From contig NC_092390.1 of the NCBI RefSeq assembly GCF_030028105.1, positions 37,492,777-37,556,776 on the forward strand: a DNA stretch of 64,000 nt, read 5' to 3'. The translations under genes were made by a program, and so were the position numbers. Below the pieces are notes generated by a model. That model was not told the DNA's origin, ran no database searches, and worked only from the letters and a program-made list of their open reading frames with translations. Of this stretch, positions 38,041 through 50,005 are shown one piece after another; the stretch's first letter is position 1, and every line of letters starts with the position of its first letter. Source of the DNA: Mobula birostris (Eukaryota).

Positions 38041-38534
38041 ATAATTTGGGCAGTCATTTTGCTCCAAATAGTTACCAAATGTCACATGGATGCTGTGTCA
38101 GAACTGGTCAAGGCTTGGTCTTAAAATACATTCTCCCAAAATAAATCTGCAATTCAATTAGCCAAATAATTTGTATTAGGCAGTCGAGGCTATGACAACA
38201 AAACATAATTTTACCTAATAAACCTAATTTTATCCCAGAACAATAAAACAAATATTAAAAAAATTGCCTTTAATCAAAGTGCATGACACAGTCTAACACC
38301 TGATGTTCTCTTTCCTTGCTTATCCTGCTTCTAAAAAGTAGATTAACTTCACAATGCATTTTCTGTTTTGTGCTTTAGTGCACAAACTCAAACCTATGGT
38401 AGATGGTTCATATACAGAAAGATTATGACATATTGCTGTCATAACAAATACTTTCAAAAGTACTGAGCTTTCAAAGCTCTTGTTATGACAGCAAGACCTT
38501 AGCTGAGAGCCACATTGGCTGCAAACATTAAATA

Positions 38535-39578
38535 CAGTGGATTCCAGTTAATTAGGCTATCGCTTAATTGGAGCAGCTGCTTACTTGGGACAACTCTTAA
38601 AGAACAAAAACTAATCAAGAAAATAGACAGGATTCCCTTTGTTTATTTAGGACACTCTACTGCTTAATTGGGACAGGAGACTATGTCAAGCAGTTTCTAA
38701 CTAGTATTAGTCACATGCACTTATGTGGCATTTGACACTGAACAATGCTTAGAGTGAAGTTTTTAAATAGTGCCAGCAGTGTGTGTTTGCGTTCAAAAGG
38801 CAGTGTTTTTTGTGACAGTTAGTTGGTGGAGAAGTAAGCAGTAAGGTAATTCTGAACGGTTTTGCTCACTGCGTTTTCAAGCTTTGAGGCCGGGAGATGC
38901 GAGAAACAGCCGGGAATGAAAATGAATCAGTTTTGCTACTTCTGTAGTTTGGAACTACAAAGAACTTGAAGGTATTGGCAATCATCTTGAATGTTAAAAT
39001 GAAAATGAAAATTTGGAGGATGCAATTTTCGAAAGCATTGGATGACGGCAATCCATTATCTGCACTAGGTGTCTGTGTTGATTTTGTTCATTTAGTCAAT
39101 CAAAAGAAGAAGGAAAAGGCAGCATACACTAGATGAACTCCTCCAATAATCACTAGGTACTGATACATAGTAGTAGTGTTGGTCATGTTCTAATTTTTTT
39201 GTATTTCACTTAAGTACATAATTTGTTACTCAGTTAAATTAGTTTGTCTCCACTTGGAGTATTGTGAGCAGTTTTGGACTCCTTATCTAAGAAAAGATAT
39301 GCTGGCATTGGAGAGGATCCAGAGGAAGCTCTTGAGAACAATTCCATGGACCACGAGGAGAAGGCAGGAGAATGGGATTGACAGGGATAATAAATCAGCC
39401 ATGATGGAATGATGAACCAGACTCAATAGGCCAAATGGCCTAATTCTGCTCCTATGACTTAGGGTTTGATTTTTTCCTATATACCTTTTTAACTAAGTCC
39501 ATGAAGTTTCAGCTAATTGGGGCACCTGCTTAATTAGGTCAAAATGGTCCTGATGTGCCAATTAAACAGAATTCACTT
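38535..39578 (-). mobile_element. Tigger/pogo-like non-autonomous DNA element with a nested, internally deleted CR1 piece (~39250-39462)
   Basis: ta|cagtggattccagttaattagg ... ccaattaaacagaattcactt|ta. Confidence 0.82.
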
Positions 39579-41949
39579 TACTATAGTTATGAGGCACAGG
39601 CTTGAAATCAGCAGAAGTTGAAAAACATGAAACTTCTAAACCTCCGAAACTCAAATACAGCTTTGCAAAACAATTGCAACCCAATGAATAAATCTATAAA
39701 AAAAATTCAACATCACTAGATCAGACAAGATTTCATATCTTCTGAGAAATCTTCTTTGTGTGCACAAAATAAATACTCTACTCAATTATTAGGGTGCTTG
39801 GTTGATTTCAGAACTGAAATAGTCAGGCCCCTCAAAAACTAAGGTTATGCCAATGAGCATAAAATGGAGAACAAAACCAATTTCCTTTCACCCTTTTTCT
39901 GATTTAAATCATGTTGATAAGAACAATTTTTGAATTAATGAACTAATTCAGATCAGTATTGTGATGAAGCCAGGCAAGTGAGAGAAATTACTTACGGACT
40001 AAGAGTAGATCTGTCACAGGAAATGAATCCAGCAGTAGTGAGGAAAGGTTGAAGTAACTGAGGACGAAGACGAAAGAAGCTAAGGAAATTCCTAAAGCAA
40101 CACTCACAAAATGTTGGAGGAACTCCAGCACTGGTGTGTTGCTCTGGATTTCCAGCATCTGCAGAATTTGAGGAAATTGCCAAGCTCAGAAGTAAACTGC
40201 AGCCAATAGACAGCACCATGTAACAAGATAACCAGAACGTGAAAAGTCATTGATCGGAGATGTTAGCATCTCTTTCCAGTGCTATTGTGTGATCTACAAC
40301 AATTTTCAGCATTTACTGCTCTTATTTCAGAATTGCAGCATCCGTTGCAAAATGCTTTTAAATTCAACAGATCTTCCCTACTATGGACCCAAGATGCCAA
40401 TATAACATTTAATACCTCCAAACTGTGTTGACAATATAGTAAAATACACAACAGTGGAAATTAAATTCTACGGCACACCTTCAATGCGGTGTCTGGTTGC
40501 AATCAAGGGAATGATGGAGTGCAGAGAAGACTGAAGAATCTACTCCCCAGTATCAACAGTGTGATTAATAAGGAAACCGTGAGATAAAGCAAGGTTTTAT
40601 TGGCATGCATGCAGCACATCCAGGAGAACTTATAGAGGTATGGTAAAGATAACTTATACAGATATGGTAAAGATCTTCCTGGAGAATCGTTTTGAAGTAA
40701 AACGTCAGAATAAGACAAAGATCTGCAAGTTTAAACTTGCAGCGTCAATCAAGGAGCAATATCAGGAATTGTCCACACACGGTTGCCGAGACATAAAAAC
40801 TAAGTGAAATGGATTGCCCAAAGGGAGAGCAGACTTACAAACATATCAGAAAAAATTCTCTATCAGAAAAAAAATGCCTCATTTTTACTGCCTTTCTGGA
40901 TGGACGAATTGGCTTCCTTGTAATTGCTTTCTGTATCTTCACAATCTTTTAGTTTGATCACTGTCCCTACAGAAGCACTAATTGTGCGGTTGACAGAGAA
41001 AAAAGACATACATAACAAATCTAAAGTATCACATTTAACTATTCAAAGATTTGACTTTTCACATTTTGGTTTTTTTTTATGTGCTTTGGCAATTTAGATT
41101 CCAATGGATCAAACCAGATTACAATCAGTCTTTCTTGTATGTGATTCATCATTGTTGGCTTTGAGTTCAACTATTAGTAGACATAAAATGAAATATTATA
41201 GCTATAGAAAATATGATCTATTATTCTAAAGATTTTGGAGGGACTCTGTTGGAGTAGGAACACTGGTGCATTGTGCTCTGTAAATAATATTTCCCATAGC
41301 AACAGCTCACAACACATTTATATTTCCAACAATGGGTTCTAGTTCACACAGCAGTAACTGGAATCCACATGGTCCATCCAGCTGTGTTCTGTAACAACTT
41401 GCCACAGCAAATATATCAATATCTCTAACGTTGGCTCCTCCCTCATCTGGTAGGTTGTCACTGTGTCAACACTCCATTCACCAATCTAACCGTAAGCAGG
41501 AATTGGATTACACCCATTATTTCATAGCACATCTTCACACAGCAAAAAAAAAATCATACTCTGCATCTCATGTCACTAACTTCAAAATGGATTCATCTGT
41601 ACTAAATGATCAACTATCTAAGAACTATACTGGCAATCCAAAAGGAACATAAATCCAAACTATAACACTGCTAACTTCTTAAAATATTGTACAGTGAAGT
41701 ATTTGTTAAACAATACTTTAAAAGTAAATACATTATAAAAATTATTTGCTCAGAAGTGACACCATTAAAAGGCTATGGGTTACATAATTGCAATCACTCC
41801 CACCCAACCCTACTCAACCCTCAATAAATTAATTTCCCAGGAAGCCAAGGGCGAATGAGATACAGCAAGATTTGAAGAAGAGCGTATTTTGACCAAGGGT
41901 TTGCAGATATACTACAATCTCCATTTTAAAACTATACCTTGTAGTTTTC

Positions 41950-42270
41950 ATCATCACCATCATTATTACTATGATTGTTCTTGGCAATTTTTTCTACTGA
42001 AGCAGCTTACCATTGCCTTCTTCTGGGCAGTGTCTTTACAATACGAGTGACCCCAGCCATTATCAATACTCTTCAGAGATCGTCAGCCTGATATCAGTAG
42101 ACACATTACCAGGACTGTCGATACAACCATCCACCACCAGCTCCCATGGTCATGTGCCCCTGATCAGGGATCTCAGCAGGTACCCAAGGGTGACCTGAAG
42201 GCTAGCAGAGGGAAGAAGTGCCTTATACCTCCTTTGGTAGAGACATATCTTCACCCCACCACTCACATGT
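41950..42270 (-). mobile_element. RTE/BovB-related SINE-like element
   Basis: Minus strand ends ...cccagaagaaggcaatggtaagctgcttcagtagaaaaaattgccaagaacaatca, similar to the BovA/Sauria-SINE motif gagaaggaaatggcaacccactccagta, followed by a (GAT/GGT) tail. Confidence 0.6.
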
Positions 42271-43663
42271 AGTTTTAGCTTTTTAATTTATTTTTCTCAT
42301 TCATCTTCTTCTTCGTCTTCATGTGCCTTGCGCGTTACACGCTTGGGCGATCATGGCTTTTCACATCGAACGATCCCATGCAGCGTCAATAATATCTCAC
42401 ACACTTAGATCTGTTAGTTCTTTCACAGTGTCCATATATTTTCTTCTTTGCCTTCCTCTTCCATGTTTCCCAGGCATATGCCTTTGTAATGTAAGGCATT
42501 CTATTTCTCCCTTTCTGATGACATGGCCCAGGAATTTAAGTTTCTTCTCATCTTAATGTTCTCATTAAAGATATTTTTTTATGGGCACATTGGAGTACTG
42601 TCTCATTAGTTATCCTATCTCTATATGATATTTTCAGCATTCTTCTAAGAAACCATATTTCTGTTGTTTCTAAGTTTCTTTGGAGTTCTGGTGTTATAGT
42701 CCATGTTTCAGAAGCATACAGCAAGATTGACCAGATGTAACATTTTAGTAGCCTAAGCTTTGTTATAGTAATGTGTCTGTTGGTAAAAATGGGTTTCATT
42801 TTTTGGAAGTTAGTTTTGGCAATAGCAATTCTTCTTTTTATTTCTACTTTGCTTCTAAAATCTTGTGATATAAAGCTACCAAGGTAATTAAAGCTGATCT
42901 TTTGTTCAATCTCTTGATTACCGACGTACAATTGGCAGTTGGGAGTATCCTGATGTTTTGATATTTTTTTACAGTTGATGGTTAGACCAAAATCTGCACT
43001 TGTTTGTACTACTTTGTCAAGGAGGATTTGTAGGTTTCCTGCAGCATTTGCTATTAGGGTGGTATCATCTGCATATCTTATATTGTTGATGTTAACACCT
43101 CCAATTTTTATCCCATCTAGGTGTCCTATTTCTCTGAGAATCATTTCACTATAGATATTAAACAATTCTGGTGAGGCAACGCATCCCTGTCTAACTCCTC
43201 TTTGGATTTTAGTCCAACTGCTTATATTATCATCAATTTTTACCGTTGTCATTTGGTTCCAATATAAAGTTTGAAGCAGTTGTTGGTCCCTTCCATCCAT
43301 GTTTAGTTTAGCGAGAATTTGAAATAATTTTTCATGTTGCACTTTGTCAAATGCTTTAGTGAAATCAATAAAACATAAAAAGACATCATTTTGATATTCA
43401 ATTGCTCTTTCTGAAAGCAATCATATTATGAAAATTGCATTCATAGTTCCTTTATCCTCAATAAACCCATATTGTAGTTTAGAAGTTTCTGGCCTTAACT
43501 TGTTTTTAATTCGACTCAGAACAATTCTCAACAAAACCTTTATTATGCGACTCATAAGACTGATTGTTCTATAATATAAAATACTCTGCAGATGCTGGGG
43601 TCAAAGCAGCACTCTCCATACGCTGGAGGAACTCAGCAGGTCGGGCAGCATCCATGGAAACGA

Positions 43664-43703
43664 TCAGTCAACGTTTCGGGCCGGAACCCTTCGTCAGGAC
43701 TGA
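43664..43703 (-). ncRNA. Minimal type I hammerhead ribozyme motif
   Basis: TCAGTC-CTGACGA-A-GGG-TTCCGG-CCC-GAAA-CGTT-GACTGA: conserved core CUGANGA/GAAA, helix I TCAGTC:GACTGA, helix II GGG:CCC, palindromic ACGT in place of helix III. Confidence 0.75.
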
Positions 43704-44457
43704 AGAGGGAAGGGGCAGAGGCCCTATAAAGAAGGTGGGAGGAGGGTGGGAAGGAGAAGGCTGGTAGGTTCCAAGTGAAAAACCAGTAAGGGGAAAGATA
43801 AAGGGGTGAGGGAGGGGAAGCAGGGAGGTGATAGGCAGGAAAGGTGAAGAAGGAATAGGGGAAAACACAAAGGGTAGTAGAAGGAGGCGGAACCATGACG
43901 GAGGTGATAGGCAGCTGGGGGAGGGGGCAGAGTGAAATAGGGATAGAGGATGGGAGGGGGAGGGAATTACCGGAAGCTGGAGAATTCTATGTTCATACCA
44001 AGGGGCTGGAGACTACCTAGACGGTATATGAGGTGTTGCTCCTCCAACCTGAGTTTAGCCTCATCATGGCAGTAGAGGAGGCCATGTATGGACATATCCG
44101 AATGGGAATGGGAAGCAGAGTTGAAGTGGGTGGCAACCGGGAGATCCTGTCTGTTCTGGCGGACAGAGCGGAGGTGCTCAACGAAGCGGTCCCCCAATCT
44201 GCGTCGGGTTTCAATGATGTAGAGGAGGCCGCACTGGGAGCACCGGATGCAATAGATGACCCTCATGGTTCTGCCTCCTTCTACTATCCATTGCGTTTTC
44301 CCCTATTCTTTCTTCACCTTTCCTGCCTATCACCTCCCTGCTTCCCCTCCCCCACCCCTTTATCTTTCCCCTTACTGGTTTTTCACCTGGAACCTACCAG
44401 CCTTCTCCTTCCCACCCTCCCCCCACCTTCTTTATAGGGCCTTTGTCCCTTCCCTCT

Positions 44458-44497
44458 TCAGTCCTGATGAAGGGTCTCGGCCCGAAACGTTGACTGA
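44458..44497 (+). ncRNA. Minimal type I hammerhead ribozyme motif
   Basis: TCAGTC-CTGATGA-A-GGG-TCTCGG-CCC-GAAA-CGTT-GACTGA. Confidence 0.75.
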
Positions 44498-45629
44498 TCA
44501 TTTCCAGAGATGCTGCCCAACCTGCTGAGTTCCTCCAGTGTGTTGCAAGTGTTGACTGTTCTATAATTTTTGCAGTCAATAGTTCCAGGAATTTTTGGCA
44601 GAGTTATAAATACTGATTTCAAGAGATTGTCAGGCAATGCACCAGACTCATATATGCCATTAAACAGTTCAAAAAAAAATCTATGCCCAGATCTTCTAGG
44701 GCTTGTATCATTTCCACTGAAATTTCATCAGGTCCAGTGGCTTTACCATGTTTCATACTTTTCATTGCTTTAGTTATTTCTTCTTTGGTCATAGGTGAGC
44801 CAGAATTAGGGTATTTAATATCTGGGGGTTCCTCTCTATTATCCTCAAACAGCTGCTCTATATACTGAATCCACCTCTCATATATTTTATCTAGATCTGT
44901 TAGTATGGATCCATCTGCTGATCTTATGCATTCTGTAGAGGAGGTTTTCTTAATTCCAGTAATTTCCTAAATTTTCTTGTGCATTTCTTTGCTGTTGTTA
45001 ACATGGTTTTCTACTTCATTGCATTTTTGATTCAGCCATTCTTCCTTTGCAATATTGCGCAATTGTCTCGTCTGTCTGTCTAAATCTCTGTATTGCACTT
45101 CATGATTCTTCACTAACCTTCTTTGTTCCATCAGATCTAGAATTTCTTGGGTAATCCACCCCTTGTTGGTGTGTTGGATTTCTTGTACTGGGATTATCTC
45201 CTCTGCTGATTGCTGTATAGCATATATAAATCTGTCCCAAATCAGTGTTGTTACATTTTCTCATTCATACCCATTCAAAATTGACAACCTTAAGTTAATG
45301 CCGAGTCTCCCTGCACAACACTTGCCGTGAAGGTTCTTCCATAACACTGAGAGGTGAGAGGTTTTAGATATTGCCCACGCAAGAATGACAGAGTAAGAAT
45401 ATTTTTCCAAAACAGGATATTGGGAGCTGATGGTAGGGACTGAGGGATGCCTAATTGTTGCAGTGCACTTTATAAACATCACAAGGTTTAAGGTGCTGGA
45501 GAACTAATCATAGATTCATAAAGACAAATAGCACAGAAACAGGCACTTTGGTCCAGCTGGCCATCAAGTACCCATCTATATTAACTGGATTTTACACCAG
45601 TTATCATATAAATGACATTTTAATCTTGG

Positions 45630-46215
45630 CAATTCAAAGTACATTTATTATCGAAGTACATACATGCCACCATATACAATCCTGAGATTAGCTTTCATGC
45701 TGGCATGCTCAACAAATCCATCATAGAATAATAACCAAAACAGAATCAATGAAAGACCACACCAACGGGCATTCAGTCAGTGTGCAAAAGACAACAAACT
45801 GCAAAAACAAAATGAAGTAAATAATAATAGTAGTAAGTAAATAAACATAAATAGCGAGAATGTGAGATGAAGAGTCCTTGAAAGTGAGTCCGGCGGTTTC
45901 AAAGTTTCAAAGGTTCAATTTGATGTCAGACAAATGTATACAATATACATCCTGAAATACTTTTTCTTCGCAAACATCCACAAAAACAGAAAAGCGCCCC
46001 AAAGAATGAATGACAGTTAAATGTTTGAACCTCAAAGCCAACCCTCCCATTTCAATGGGAACATTTCAATGATAGGGCAAGTGAAGTTGAGTGAAGTTAT
46101 CCCCTTTGGTTCAAGAGCCTGATGGTTGAGGGTTAATAACTTCTTGAACTTGGTGACGCGAATCCTGAGGCTCCTGTATCTTCTTCCCGATGGCAACTGA
46201 GAGAAGAGACATGTC
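45630..46215 (-). mobile_element. Rex1/Babar 3' fragments (nested)
   Basis: Reverse of the tail seen at 61450-61870; a second tail ttcaaagtttcaaaggttcaattt begins ~45897. Confidence 0.75.
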
Positions 46216-46354
46216 CTGGGTGATGAGGGTCATCCAGATAGGACTTAAATGTTGTGAGAGTACCTGCCTCCAATTCTCACTCAGGCAAGTTCCAACCACC
46301 ATCTGAATGAGAAAAACCTTCATCAGATCTTAACCCTCAACCAGTGCCCTCATT

Positions 46355-46692
46355 TGGCCAGCATGGTGGTAATTGCATAACACTATTACAGCCCCAGCTG
46401 TAAAGTCTGGGTCTGATTCCAGCCAGTCTGAAAGCAATTTGTATGCTCTCCCTTGAAGCACGTGGATTTCCTCTGGGTGCCCTGGTTTCCTCCTACAAAC
46501 GATACAATCTAACGACATATTGTTGAAGTTAATGAGTTGTGGGCATGCTATCTTGGTGCCAGACATGCCTTGACTCTTTGTGAGATGCCCAGCACAATCC
46601 TCACTGATTTGATTTCATGCAAATCATGCATTTTGCTGGGTGCTTAAATGTACATGTGACAAATAAAGCTAATCTTAATCTTATCTAATCTG
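46355..46692 (+). mobile_element. tRNA-SINE
   Basis: gcatggtggtaattgcataacactattacagc...gtggatttcctctgggtgccctggtttcctcc...tacatgtgacaaataaagctaatctt. Confidence 0.75.
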
Positions 46693-46786
46693 ATTTTCAA
46701 TCCTACTTCTAGGAGGAAAAGTTTATTTTTTATTCGATCCACATCCCTTAATTTTTTAAAGACTATCATTCAACCTTTGACCTCTA

Positions 46787-46920
46787 AACACAAAATACTC
46801 TGCAGATGCTGGGGTCAAAACAACACTCACAAGACGAAGGGTTCCGGCCCGAAACTTTGACTGATCGTTTCCACGGATGCTGCCCGACCTGCTGAGTTCC
46901 TCCATCCTGTTGTGAGTGTG
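46787..46920. mobile_element. Mini Penelope-like insertion
   Basis: Inverted tail plus gacgaagggttccggcccgaaac...ctgctgagttcctcca; 14-bp TSD acctttgacctcta at 46773-46786 and 46921-46934. Confidence 0.88.
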
Positions 46921-47029
46921 ACCTTTGACCTCTACTCCATGGAAAATAAACCTAGTATCCCAGTTCCATAACTAAGATGCTCCACCCCAGAAACACCTCG
47001 GTAAATGTCCTTTGCATGCTCCTCAATGC

Positions 47030-47548
47030 AATACACTCTTTCTCGACAATCAGAAATATGAACGTTGCTCGACGATCTCAGGCTCAGCGTTGATGACCTG
47101 GAATGTGAGCTTCAAACACTGCGATGCATTGGCGGGGGGGGGGGGGGGAAGAACTACTGTGCTTCAGGAGGCAGTCGCATCCATTACATTAACAACTTCA
47201 ATTTCAGTCTGCGGCTAATGAAAAGAAGGTGTTACTTCAAGTGAAGTAGGCAGGGGTATCCAAGAGGTACTGCTGAAGAACCTCACTCTTTGAGCTTGCC
47301 CAGCAGGTCTGAGATTGTTGCGCTTAAAAGGATGAGAGCAAGAGCCATAGGAAGGAGGAGCCATCAAACCGTGGCACCTCAGTCCAGGAAGCCATTCAGG
47401 GGCAGCGTGAAGGGTTGCAGGGGGGGCGAAAAGGAAAGAGAAATGGAGTTGTAATTGGGGAAGAATAGTCAGAGGAATAGACACAATTCTCTGCCACAAG
47501 GACCGAGAGTCCCAAAGAATATTTGCTTGGTACCTGGGTTTGAGATGT
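47030..47548 (+). mobile_element. CR1 ORF1 remnant
   Basis: gttgtaattggggaagaatagtcagaggaatagacacaattctctgccacaaggaccgagagtccc resembles VVIGDSIVRGIDT esterase block I. Confidence 0.65.
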
Positions 47549-48184
47549 CTCAAATTTAAAAAAAGATGTATTGAGTTTCTAAAGCCAAGTATAAATTAAG
47601 CATACTACAAAACATAAATACTGGGGGTGAATGGCCCAAATGTGCAATCCCATCTACTCAAAATACTGGAGAAGTCATGACAAAAAGCTGCTTACTACAT
47701 TGCATACACAAAGTCATCATGTGATTCCTGAGCAATCAGTGAAAAGGAATGAAAACACAGAAACGGAAACACAAATCCAAAACAAGAATGTTACGCTTGG
47801 AAAGACTCTGTGTGACCCTTTGAACAATCAAAATGAATTCAGGATATCACACAAGCCAAGATTACATTAAGTGGTGCCCCAGCTGGTGTGCAAAAGGATG
47901 GAACAACTCCATTTCTCTCTTTGGCCTAACCATTAGAAACTTGACATACGCCCAAGGTATGCAGCCTCAGGTGCAGGTGATCAGGCATTTCACATTTTTG
48001 CTCCCTACGGAGACTGGGATCAGGAGCAGAGTGGTGAACCAGCCTGATTGACAATGTATGGACAGGTCTGGTAGCTATAGCGTCGGTTATATTTATATTG
48101 TAGTCGGGGTGGAAGAAGTGGATAGCAAGGTCCCATTGGAGGCAAAGGTGGGGTGGGAACTGCAATAAGGAGGTGGAAGATTGA

Positions 48185-49343
48185 TGGGATTGGAAGAGAA
48201 AGCACATCTGGACAGCAAAGATGCACACATCAGGATGCTCCTTATCGATTACAGCTCAGCATTTAACATCATCATCCCCTCAAAAGTAATCAGTAAACTC
48301 CAAAATTGGGGCTCAATACCCCCTTGCGTAATTGAATCCTCACTTGTAGACCCCAGTCAGTTCAGATTGGCAAAAACATCTCCTCCTCAATTTCCATCAG
48401 CTCAGGAGCACCGCGGGGATGTGTACCTAGCCCCCTGCTCTACTCACTTTACACCCATGACTGTGTGGCTAAGTAGAGCTCCAACACCGTATACAAGTTT
48501 GCTGATGACTCCACTGTTGTGGGCCAAATCAGCACGCAGGAGGGACATTGAAAATTTGGCTGAGTGGTGTAATAACAACAACCTCTCACTTAATGTCAAT
48601 AAGGCCAAGTAGACTTCAGGAAAGGGAAACCAGAGGTCCATTACCCAGTAATCATTGGAGGATCGGAGAATCAGAAGTGGAAAGGGTCAGGAGCTTCAAA
48701 TTCCTGGGTGTCACTATCTCAGAAGACCTGTCCTGGACCCAATATTTAAATATCATTGCGAAGAAAGCACAACAGCACCTCTACTTCCTCAGGAGTCTTC
48801 AGAGATTCAGCATGTCATTAAAAACCTTGGCAAACTTCCATAGATACATGGTGGAAAGTGTGCTGACCGGCTGCATTATGGCCTGGTATGGGAACACCAA
48901 CGCCTTTGAGTGGAAAATCGTACAACAGGTAGTGGATTCAGCCCAGTACATCACAGCCAAAGCCCTCCCAAGCATTGAGCACATCCACATGAAACATTGC
49001 CATAGATCATCAAAGGTCCTCACCACCCAGGCCGTGCTCTTTTCTCACTGTTGCCGTCAGGTAGAAGGTACAAGTGTCTCATGACTCACACCACCAGGTT
49101 CAAGAACAGTTACCATCAGGCTCTTGAACAGAAGGGGATAAATACACTCATTCATTGACTTTGTTATATTGTTACATTATGCTCATTATTTATTACTATT
49201 TATTTATTAACAATTTACAGTTTTCAGATCCTGTTTACAGTTACTGTTCTATACATTTGCTAAGTATGCTTGCAGAAACAGAATCTCAGTGTTGTATGTG
49301 ATGACATGTATATGCTCTGACAATAAATTTACTGTGAACTTTA
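48185..49343 (+). mobile_element. Rex1/Babar LINE 3' half
   Basis: [67 protein letters not shown]. Confidence 0.92.
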
Positions 49344-49419
49344 GAAAGGGAAGAAATTAATGTGCCCAGAATCACTGGGATATCAGTGAAACCTACCTAA
49401 AGTTGAAATGTCCAGAGGG

Positions 49420-50005
49420 CCGTTTCCAATAGTGGGAAAGTCTAGGGCCAAAGAGCACAGCCTCAGAATACAGGGTTGTTCTTTTAGAACAGAAATGAGA
49501 AAGAATTTATTTCGCCAGAGGGTGGAAAATCTGTAGAACTCATTGCCACAGACGGCTATGGAGGCCAAGTCATTGGATATATTTAGAGTGGTGGTTGATA
49601 GGTTCTCGAGTAGTCACAGGTTATAGACAGGAGAATAGAGATAATAAGTCAGCCATGACCGAATGGTAGAGCCGACTCGATAGACTGAATGGCCCAATTC
49701 TACTACTATAGAGGATAGAGGGGAAGCCTTTTAGGACCAAGATTAGGAAAAACTTCTTCACACAGAGAGTGGTGAATCTGTGGAATTCTCTGCCACAGGA
49801 AACAGTTGAGGCCAGTTCATTGGCTATATTTAAGAAGGAGTTAGATATGGCCCTTGTGGCTACGGGGGTCAGGGGGTATGGAGGGAAGGCTGGGGCAGGG
49901 TTCTGAGTTGGATGATCAGCCATGATCATAATGAATGGCGGTGCAGGCTCGAAGGGCCAAATGGCCTACTCCTGCACCTATTTTCTATGTTTCTATGTCT
50001 TATGG
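49420..50005 (+). mobile_element. Two adjacent CR1 3' fragments
   Basis: Two successive runs of cagcctcagaata / gtggtgaatctgtggaattc...aatggcc; the younger ends (ttctatgt)n. Confidence 0.88.

Larger units (their letters stand above)
43576..44552 (-). mobile_element. Penelope-like element: GIY-YIG C-terminus flanked by inverted pLTRs
   Basis: ORF 43967-44266 VIYCIRCSQCGLLYIIETRRRLGDRFVEH...GMNIEF; ~280-bp inverted arms 43620-43898 / 44263-44541; 15-bp TSD tga(t/c)tgttctataat at 43561-43575 and 44553-44567. Confidence 0.95.
42298..45262 (-). mobile_element. RTE (BovB-like) LINE, 5'-truncated, interrupted by Penelope
   Basis: 290-aa RT ORF 42548-43420: FIDFTKAFDKV, RGVRQGCVASPELFNIY, NIRYADDT, FNYLGS; upstream MKHGKATGPD and WITQEIL; (GAA)n tail ~42300-42320. 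Confidence 0.93.
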
